From Candidatus Eiseniibacteriota bacterium (lineage in GTDB: Bacteria; Eisenbacteria; RBG-16-71-46): DNA of 13,413 nucleotides. Made by a program: the position numbers and the translations under genes. Under the pieces are notes generated by a model. It did no database searches and was not told where the DNA came from. It worked only from the letters and a program-made list of their open reading frames with translations. Shown piece by piece: positions 6,835 to 13,413 of the stretch (its first letter is position 1; the number at the start of each line of letters is the position of its first letter). Where the stretch lies: NCBI GenBank assembly GCA_031364845.1, contig JANLWX010000027.1, positions 1 through 13,413 on the forward strand, written 5' to 3'.

Positions 6835-6920
6835 CCCGGCTTGCCAACTCCAGCCTTGCCCCTTGCCTGCCAACGATGTAGCTCGGCGACGGGGAGCACA
6901 TAGACCCGAAAGGATCCGGG

Positions 6921-8222
6921 ATGACCGAAGTTCTCCTCGCCGCCAAGGGCAAGAACGGCGCGCCTGCGTCGCTCGATGAATACCGTGCTGCCGATGGCTA
7001 CAAGGCGCTGACGCGCACGCTCAAGGAATTGAAGCCGGGCGATCTGGTCCAGACCGTGAAGGACTCCGGCCTGCGCGGCCGTGGAGGCGCGGGCTTTCCC
7101 TCCGGCATGAAGTGGTCGTTCGTCGCGACCGGCGAGAAGGCGGACGGCGGGCCCAAGTACCTGGTCGTCAACGGCGACGAGATGGAGCCGGGCACCTTCA
7201 AGGACCGGGTGATGATCGAGCGCAATCCGCACCTCCTGATCGAGGGGATTCTGCTCGCGGCCTACGGCATGGAGATGACCGACGGGTTCGTGTTCATCCG
7301 CCGCGAATACTTCAAGCAGGCCGACATCCTCGAGCGCGCGATCGATGAGGCGCGTGCGGCGGGCATCCTCGGCAACGGCGTGATGGGCACGAAGTGGACG
7401 TTCGACATCATGGTCCACCGCTCGGGCGGCCGCTACATCTGCGGCGAAGAGACGGCACTGCTGAACGCGTTCGAGGGCCGCAAGGCCACCCCGCGCGCGA
7501 AGCCGCCGTTTCCGGCGGTGCGCGGCCTGTGGGGCCGCCCGACCACGGTGCACAATGTCGAGACGCTGGGCTGCGTGCCCGGGATCGTTCGCAACGGTGC
7601 GGCGTGGTTCAAGGGGCTCGCCAAGAATCCCGAGGGCGCGGGCACCAAGCTGTACGGCGGTAGCGGCGCGATCGAGCGCCCGATGTGCATCGAGCGTCCG
7701 ATCGGCACCACGCTGCGCGAGCTGATGGCGGAGATGGGCGGCGTGAAGGACGGCAAGAAACTGCTCGGCGTGATTCCGGGCGGGGCTTCGACCGCGTTTC
7801 TTACCCCCGAGCATCTCGATGTGCCGCTCGATTTCGATCCGGTGGCGAAGGTCGGCAGCCGTTTGGGCACCGGCACGTTCATCGTGTTCTCCGAGGACGA
7901 TTGCCCGGTGCACGGCACGCTCAATCTGCAGCGGTTCTTCGCGCGCGAATCGTGCGGCTTCTGCACCCCGTGCCGCGACGGCCTCCCCTATGGCGTCTCG
8001 ATCCTCGAGCGGATCGAGGGCGGCAAGGGCCCGATGCAGGATCTCGAATGGCTCGATCATCTCTACCGCACGATCGGGCCTAATTCATTCTGCGCGCACG
8101 CGGCGGGCGCGGCGGAGCCGGTGAAGGGGCTCTACCAGCACTTCCGCCCGGTGCTCGAAGAGCACGTGAAGCTCGGCCGCTGTCCGTTCCCTTCGCGCCA
8201 TCGCGAGGTGGCCCATGCGTGA
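6921..8222 (+). CDS. nuoF: NADH-quinone oxidoreductase subunit F (FMN, 4Fe-4S N3)
   Basis: GLRGRGGAGFP, NGDEMEPGTFKDR, GRYICGEETALL, PRAKPPFP and RESCGFCTPCRDG...SFC; AAAGGA upstream of the ATG. Confidence 0.98.
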   Translation: MTEVLLAAKGKNGAPASLDEYRAADGYKALTRTLKELKPGDLVQTVKDSGLRGRGGAGFPSGMKWSFVATGEKADGGPKYLVVNGDEMEPGTFKDRVMIERNPHLLIEGILLAAYGMEMTDGFVFIRREYFKQADILERAIDEARAAGILGNGVMGTKWTFDIMVHRSGGRYICGEETALLNAFEGRKATPRAKPPFPAVRGLWGRPTTVHNVETLGCVPGIVRNGAAWFKGLAKNPEGAGTKLYGGSGAIERPMCIERPIGTTLRELMAEMGGVKDGKKLLGVIPGGASTAFLTPEHLDVPLDFDPVAKVGSRLGTGTFIVFSEDDCPVHGTLNLQRFFARESCGFCTPCRDGLPYGVSILERIEGGKGPMQDLEWLDHLYRTIGPNSFCAHAAGAAEPVKGLYQHFRPVLEEHVKLGRCPFPSRHREVAHA

Positions 8223-8257
8223 GCAAACGATTTCCGCCCCGGTGCGTGAGGTGACGC

Positions 8258-10642
8258 GTGACTGAAATCACGTTCGATGGCCGCAAGGTCGTGGTTGAGC
8301 CCGGCACGAACCTGGTGGAAGCGGGCCTCAAGGCCGGCGTTCCGGTGCCGGTGTTCTGCTACCACAAGGAATTGGGCGCGGTCGGCTCGTGCCGCGTGTG
8401 CGCGTGCACGATCAAAGGCACCGACGGCAAGTCGCGCACGGTGATGGCATGCATGACGGCCGCCACCGACGGCATGGAAGTGACCACGCTCGACAAGGCG
8501 TCGGTCGAGCTGCGCAAGTACGTGGTCGAGTGGCTGATGGTGAACCATCCGCACGATTGCCCGATCTGCGACGAGGGCGGCGAGTGCCAGCTCCAGGACG
8601 TGACGATCGCGACCGGCCACAGCCAGCGCCGCGTGCCCACGATGAAGCGCACGTTCGAGAACCAGTATCTGGGCGAGTTCATCCACCACGAGATGAACCG
8701 CTGCATCACGTGCTTCCGCTGCTCGCGCTTCTATCAGGAATACGCGGGCGGACGCGACTTCGGCGCGACCGGCAGCCGTGACCGCGTGTACTTCGGGCGC
8801 TTCGAAGACGGCCCGCTCGAAAGCCCGTTCTCGGGCAACCTGGTCGAGATGTGCCCGACCGGTGTGTTCACCGACAAGCTCTTCCACTACAAGTCGCGCG
8901 TGTGGGATCTCGAGATCCAGCACTCGGTGTGCCCGCACTGCTCGGTCGGCTGCAACGTGCATCCCGGCTCGCGCCATCGCGACCTGCAGCGCGTGCGCGT
9001 GCGCGAGAACCCGGCGGTCAACGGACCGTTCATGTGCGATCGCGGCCAGTTCGGCCACGGCTACGTGATGGCGGCCGATCGTCCGCTCGAAGTGCGCGCG
9101 AACGGCGAGCCTGCGGCGTGGGAGCAGGCACTCGGCCTGGCCGGCGCCGATCTGCTGCACGCGGCACGCACGCATGGTGCAGCGAGCGTGGCGCTGATCG
9201 CCTCGACGCGCGCCTCGGTCGAGACGCACGCCGCACTCGAAGCGCTGGCGCAGGGCCCGCTCGCGGGTGCCCGCGTGGCGCACTTCGATGATCCCGCGCG
9301 CGAACTGCGGGCGATCGCGGCGCTGCATTCGTTGAAGACGGCAGGCTGTGCGCCGCTCGAGCAGAGCGACATCGGCAATTGCGACGTGCTGCTGGTCGCG
9401 GGCGCCTCGCTGGTCGATGAAGCGCCGCTCGCCGCCCTCGCGGCGCGGCAGGTGGAGCGCCGCGGTGGGCACGTGTTCGTGATCAATGCCGGCGAGGCGT
9501 ACTTGAGCGATGTGGCGCAGGTGACGAGCGTTCATCCGGCGAAGCTCGGCGCCGAGTTGCAGACGATTGCGTCCGCGCTCGGTTCCACTGATGCCGCCAG
9601 CATCGGCGCGCGCCTCGCCGCCGCGAAGAACCCGGGCATTCTCTTGGGCTCGGATCTGCTCGACGGCCCCGCGTTCTCTGCGGCCACCGCATTGGCGCAG
9701 GCGCTCAAGGCGCGCGGCGGAGCGCCGCGGCTCGGCTACCTGTTCCCGGGGCCCAACGGCTTCGGCGCCGCGGCGATGTCGCGCGAGCCCGCGCTGGGCT
9801 CGATCCTCGCCGATCTCGCGGCCGGCAAGTTCAAGGCTGCGGTGTTGGTCGAGTGCGAAACCGGCGGCTGGGAAGCGAACGCGATCGCCGCACTCTCGTC
9901 GCTCGATCGCCTCGTCGTGCTCGACTATCTCGCAGGTCCGCTGCACCAGGCCGCCGGCGTGTTCCTGCCGACCACGCCGACCTACGAGTCCGAAGGCACC
10001 TACGTGAACCGCGCCGGACGCCTGCAGGCGTTCGCGCGCGCCAAGTCGCCCGGACTTCCGGTGAGCGGCCAGATCAACGGGACCTCGTTCGCGCGCCAGT
10101 ACCGCGTGGCGCCGGTGCTCGGCGACGTGCGCATGGCGTGGAAGGTGCTCGAAGACTTGCGCGAGCGCACGATCGGCCAGCCCGAAGCACGCGACCTCGC
10201 CGCCCTTCGTGCCGGGCTCGCGCGCACGAACGCGCTGTGGGCCCCGATCAAGGACGTGGTGCCGGGTGCCGACGGCACGCCGCTCGATCTGTCGGCGCTG
10301 ACGACCGGCGCCGCACAGGTGCCCGCCTTCACCACAAGCGGCGAAGGCCTCGCGGTGTTCCGCATCGACCGCACGCTCGGCACCGAAGTGCTGTCGCGCC
10401 GCTCGGAGCCGATGCGAAAGATGGCGGGTGCGGTGACCGCGCTGATCTCGGCGGCCGATGCGAAGCGCCTTGGCGTCAACGGCGCGATCGCCGTGACGGC
10501 CGGCAGCCGCACGATCGAACTCGCGACCCGCGTGCACGCGGGAGTGCCCGAAGGTATGCTGCTCGTTCCGCGTGAGGCCGAGTGGCTGGCGGCCGCAATT
10601 CAGGGCGCGCCGGTGAAGGTCGCCGCACTCGCGATGGCATGA
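8258..10642 (+). CDS. nuoG: NADH-quinone oxidoreductase subunit G
   Basis: GTG start after GAGGTG. Motifs FCYH...GSCRVC...MAC (N1b), NHPHDCPICDEGGEC (N5), RCITCFRC...MCPTG (N4) and CPHCSVGC...MCDRG (N7), followed by a molybdopterin-oxidoreductase-like C-terminal region (ESEGTYVNRAGRLQ). Confidence 0.97.
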   Translation: MTEITFDGRKVVVEPGTNLVEAGLKAGVPVPVFCYHKELGAVGSCRVCACTIKGTDGKSRTVMACMTAATDGMEVTTLDKASVELRKYVVEWLMVNHPHDCPICDEGGECQLQDVTIATGHSQRRVPTMKRTFENQYLGEFIHHEMNRCITCFRCSRFYQEYAGGRDFGATGSRDRVYFGRFEDGPLESPFSGNLVEMCPTGVFTDKLFHYKSRVWDLEIQHSVCPHCSVGCNVHPGSRHRDLQRVRVRENPAVNGPFMCDRGQFGHGYVMAADRPLEVRANGEPAAWEQALGLAGADLLHAARTHGAASVALIASTRASVETHAALEALAQGPLAGARVAHFDDPARELRAIAALHSLKTAGCAPLEQSDIGNCDVLLVAGASLVDEAPLAALAARQVERRGGHVFVINAGEAYLSDVAQVTSVHPAKLGAELQTIASALGSTDAASIGARLAAAKNPGILLGSDLLDGPAFSAATALAQALKARGGAPRLGYLFPGPNGFGAAAMSREPALGSILADLAAGKFKAAVLVECETGGWEANAIAALSSLDRLVVLDYLAGPLHQAAGVFLPTTPTYESEGTYVNRAGRLQAFARAKSPGLPVSGQINGTSFARQYRVAPVLGDVRMAWKVLEDLRERTIGQPEARDLAALRAGLARTNALWAPIKDVVPGADGTPLDLSALTTGAAQVPAFTTSGEGLAVFRIDRTLGTEVLSRRSEPMRKMAGAVTALISAADAKRLGVNGAIAVTAGSRTIELATRVHAGVPEGMLLVPREAEWLAAAIQGAPVKVAALAMA

Positions 10643-10697
10643 CGACGAGACGATCCGGCGCCCAAAGCGGCGCCATGACTTCTTCGAGGTGGAACTG

Positions 10698-11213
10698 ATG
10701 CTGAAGGAAACGCTGGTCGGTCTGGGAGTCACCCTCAAGCAGATGTTCAAGAAGCCGGTGACGATCGAATACCCGGACCAGAAGCCGAACGTTCCGTTCA
10801 ACTACCGCGGCAAGATCATCCTGACCGTCGATCCGAGCGGCGAGGAGCGCTGTGTCGCGTGCTACCTGTGCAGCTCGGCGTGCCCGGTGGATTGCATCAC
10901 GATCTCGGCCGCCGAGAAGGACAACGGTCGGCGCTACCCCGAAGCGTTCCGGATCAACTTCAATCGCTGCATCTTCTGCGGGCTATGCGCCGAGGCGTGC
11001 CCGACGCTGGCGCTCCAGATGAGCACCGACTTCGAGATGGCCGAGACCGACGGCCGCGAACTGATCTATGAGAAGGACAAGCTGCAGGTGAACCACGGCG
11101 GCAAGTACCCCGACTATTCGTTCTGGGACGAAGCCGGTGTGGCGGTCACGCACGCGCTCGGCGAGGGCAAGCAGGATCGCCCGCCGAGCGACCCGAGATC
11201 CAATCTCCCCTGA
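10698..11213 (+). CDS. nuoI: NADH-quinone oxidoreductase subunit I (2x 4Fe-4S)
   Basis: VTIEYP, RCVACYLCSSACP and RCIFCGLCAEACP. The GAGGTGG RBS favours ATG 10698 over the track GTG at 10689. Confidence 0.97.
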   Translation: MLKETLVGLGVTLKQMFKKPVTIEYPDQKPNVPFNYRGKIILTVDPSGEERCVACYLCSSACPVDCITISAAEKDNGRRYPEAFRINFNRCIFCGLCAEACPTLALQMSTDFEMAETDGRELIYEKDKLQVNHGGKYPDYSFWDEAGVAVTHALGEGKQDRPPSDPRSNLP

Positions 11214-11224
11214 GAGGGGTTATC

Positions 11225-11263
11225 AACGAAAATGGCCTCCGCTGCTGGAGGCCATTTTCGTTT
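11225..11263. terminator. Bidirectional intrinsic terminator
   Basis: Perfect 16-bp inverted repeat AACGAAAATGGCCTCC (11225-11240), loop GCTGCT, GGAGGCCATTTTCGTT (11247-11262), giving T-rich tails on both strands. Sits between convergent nuoI and the lipoprotein gene. Confidence 0.88.
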
Positions 11264-11320
11264 GTGGGTAGATTCGCGGGCGCGACTCATCTGTCTCTTC
11301 TAGGATTTTGTGCGCCGCCC

Positions 11321-12667
11321 TCAATCCACCGCGTCCACCTCCGCTAGCGCCGCCAGCACATCCTTCCAGCTGTCGTCGAGCGCGATGCGCACCATCTCGT
11401 GCGGCGACGGCAGATCGTCGAGGAACGCGGGATAGTCATTGGTGCCGCGCACGAACTCGTCGCGCCACTCGGGTCGGTAGCGCCGGCGTGAATGGTCCTT
11501 CTTCGCGCGGTCGAGCAGCTTGGGCACGGTGTAGCTCTTAAACGTGTCCTTCCACTCCCGCTGCACGCGATTGGCGCGCGCCTCGTCCTTCATCTTCATG
11601 GTCGGCGGCACCAGCAGGTAGGCGTCGCTCGAACCCTCGCATTGGTAGTCGGTGTAGACGGTGTGCGCGGTGGCTTCGAGGTCCTTGCCGCGCTCGGCCA
11701 CGGTGCGCTCGTCGTCGGTGTCGATCACTTCCAGGTCGTAGCGCAGCTCGACCTGTCGCCAGCGCTCGACCGCATCGAACGGGACCTCTTCGTAGTGCTC
11801 GATGTTGCGCCCCGACGTGTCGCGCTGGACGATCTTGTGCCAGATCGAATTCTCGTAGCGGTCGGTGTGCGAGTCGGTGCGAAGATTGGAGAACTTCCCC
11901 CACACGACGCGATCCGCGCCAAGCTTGCGGCCAAGGGCCACCGCGTCTTCGCGCGTGAGAGAGCCGAGGCGCGAGACGCTCAGCTGATCGTAGATCTTCT
12001 CCGCCGGGATCAACTCGGTGAACTCGAAGTCCTTGGAGCGCACGCGGCCCGACAGCTCGCGGTGCATCTCGTCGGCCATGTCGCGCGAAAGGCCCGGCAT
12101 CCGGGTGTCGTCGTCGAACGGCAGCACCGCGACGCGCGTGACAGCCTGCTGCCACAGTTTTGGGATGCGCGTTTCGAGATCGCGATAGCCCGCAACGTAG
12201 CGCCGTGCTGTGGTCAGCTCGCGGTAGGCCTGCTTGGGCCGGTCATCCTTCGCATGCGCCAGCCCTTCGCGATAGAGCTTGGCGGCGGCGTTCTGGCGCA
12301 AGCCGCCCATCGTCGTGGCGAACTCCGCGTGCACGGGCAGTGTCGCGCCGTACCGGTTCGCCTCGGCGCGCAGATCCTCGAGCACGAGGCACGCCTCGGC
12401 CGCTTCGACCGTGTCGCGGGGCGCGAGATTCAGGATGCGCTGTTCCTGCTCGTCGATCAGGTGCGAGGCCGCCGAAGAGAGCGCCATGCGCGCGCGGCCG
12501 TTCGAAGAGTCCTTGTCGAGCGAGGCCTTCGCCTCGCGATACGCGCGCGCGTAGTCGTGCGAGCGGAGCGCGGTTTCGCTGCGGCGCGCGAGTTCACTCG
12601 AACTGGCGCACGACAGGGCGGACAACGCGAGTGCTAGGACCAGGACGCGGCGGCAGAGCTGGCGCAT
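11321..12667 (-). CDS. Lipoprotein with a helical (TPR-like) N-terminal region and a CsgG/FlgO/TolB-N-like alpha/beta domain
   Basis: Lipoprotein signal MRQLCRRVLVLALALSALS|C; GAGGAGGG RBS; helical repeats (DYARAYREAKASL, PKQAYRELTTARRY); RVAVLPF...GLSRDMAD...AVALGRKLGADRVVWG, typical of CsgG/FlgO-type folds. Confidence 0.8.
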   Translation of the reverse strand: MRQLCRRVLVLALALSALSCASSSELARRSETALRSHDYARAYREAKASLDKDSSNGRARMALSSAASHLIDEQEQRILNLAPRDTVEAAEACLVLEDLRAEANRYGATLPVHAEFATTMGGLRQNAAAKLYREGLAHAKDDRPKQAYRELTTARRYVAGYRDLETRIPKLWQQAVTRVAVLPFDDDTRMPGLSRDMADEMHRELSGRVRSKDFEFTELIPAEKIYDQLSVSRLGSLTREDAVALGRKLGADRVVWGKFSNLRTDSHTDRYENSIWHKIVQRDTSGRNIEHYEEVPFDAVERWRQVELRYDLEVIDTDDERTVAERGKDLEATAHTVYTDYQCEGSSDAYLLVPPTMKMKDEARANRVQREWKDTFKSYTVPKLLDRAKKDHSRRRYRPEWRDEFVRGTNDYPAFLDDLPSPHEMVRIALDDSWKDVLAALAEVDAVD

Positions 12668-12678
12668 TCAACCCCTCC

Positions 12679-13413
12679 TCATCGGTGTGGCAGGCGGCCT
12701 TCCAGAACGTCGCGGAAGTCTACCACCGGGAGCATAGTCCCCTTTCCGATGATCACGGGCAGTTCCGTGACATAGTCCTCACGCACGAGCACGACGGGAT
12801 CGAAGCCGAACTCCTGCGAGAAGCGGTTCCGGTTGAGCGTCCACGTGAGCATGTGCGGGTTGATCACGTGCAGATCGGGGCGCGAGCCTTCGAGCAGTCT
12901 GAGGATCTCGAGCCGCGCGCTGTGATCGTCTTTGAACACGACGAAACCGCGCTCGAACGGCACGGCGTTCCAGGCGCGGTGCATGCGCGCATCGACGCGG
13001 GCCAGTCGCGCGCGCTCGGCGGTCGCGCGCGGAATCGCCCACATCGCCGCGGTCGCGACGACGGCGAGCGCGACGGCCACGAGCGTCGCACGGCTGGCGC
13101 GGCGCGTGGCGACGGTGATGAGCGGGATCATCACAAGGAATCCCGCCATCAACGCCGGCCCGAAGTAGGCGGCGGGATCGGGAACGCCGTAGCGGAACAC
13201 GAACGTGGTGAGGATCGCGACGCCGATCAGCATCGTCATCATCCACCGCCGCACCGGGACCGAGCCGTTGGCGAGCACCCATACGCCGACCAGTGGCACG
13301 CCGAGCAGGAACGGCATCACACCCACGCGGATGATCTCGGGCTGAATGCCCACCGGCGCGAATCCGCCGAGGTAGTGCTTGTACATCGACGCGGTGAGGT
13401 AGCTCCACAGACC
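12679..13413 (-). CDS. Polytopic membrane protein, C-terminal part; possibly a DUF2723/GT-C-type glycosyltransferase; 5'-truncated by the window edge
   Basis: Frame is open to the window end (GLWSYLTASMYKHYLGG...). About four hydrophobic segments, a Y-x-x-x-D-x-x-x-YF-x-P loop (YGVPDPAAYFGP) and a soluble tail resemble DUF2723 proteins. The family call is from motif recall only. Confidence 0.6.
   Translation of the reverse strand, partial: GLWSYLTASMYKHYLGGFAPVGIQPEIIRVGVMPFLLGVPLVGVWVLANGSVPVRRWMMTMLIGVAILTTFVFRYGVPDPAAYFGPALMAGFLVMIPLITVATRRASRATLVAVALAVVATAAMWAIPRATAERARLARVDARMHRAWNAVPFERGFVVFKDDHSARLEILRLLEGSRPDLHVINPHMLTWTLNRNRFSQEFGFDPVVLVREDYVTELPVIIGKGTMLPVVDFRDVLEGRLPHR

Noticed and set aside
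1515..6920. Prophage, IS or integrative element call for the inserted block
   Set aside because: No transposase, integrase, phage gene, tRNA target or convincing terminal inverted repeats were seen.
8929..9040. Extra N7 Fe-S motif in NuoG as a novelty
   Set aside because: The CxxCxxxC...C N7 cluster is a known feature of E. coli- and Thermus-type NuoG.
6489..10491. HIP1-like octamer GCGATCGC seen at 6489, 6797, 6808, 9036, 9311, 9881 and 10484
   Set aside because: Several coding copies are simply Ala-Ile-Ala codons in GC-rich genes; genuine enrichment cannot be judged without genome-wide counts.
8132..10801. 889-aa minus-strand ORF (also 6828..8060 - and 11492..12637 +)
   Set aside because: Antisense shadows of nuoG, nuoF and the lipoprotein gene, expected from strong GC3 bias; no recognisable motifs.

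Overview
GC-rich bacterial window carrying a split, non-canonical respiratory complex I (nuo) cluster on the + strand: 3' part of an E. coli-type nuoD/nuoCD (1..1017), nuoE (1014..1514), a 5.4 kb interruption, then nuoF, nuoG and nuoI. There is no nuoH between G and I, and a strong bidirectional terminator follows nuoI instead of nuoJ-N. The interruption (1515..6920) holds three predicted exported proteins: a subtilase with Glu in place of the catalytic Asp, a DUF4382-like N-terminus and an FlgD-Ig/T9SS-like C-terminus; an NHL-repeat beta-propeller ending in a short 'TPV..SWG.VK.LYR' tail; and a convergent hypothetical protein. Both internal gene boundaries of the interruption carry a copy of the same paired-palindrome element (AACTGGCCCCGGGGCCAGTT...AACTGTC-N6-GACAGTT), so the NHL gene is bracketed by direct repeats like a cassette. 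Short in-phase ORFs bridge both the nuoF-nuoG and nuoG-nuoI junctions. The right end has two minus-strand envelope genes (a lipoprotein and a partial membrane protein). The C-terminal signatures suggest an FCB-related candidate phylum such as Ca. Eisenbacteria (inference only; no search was run).
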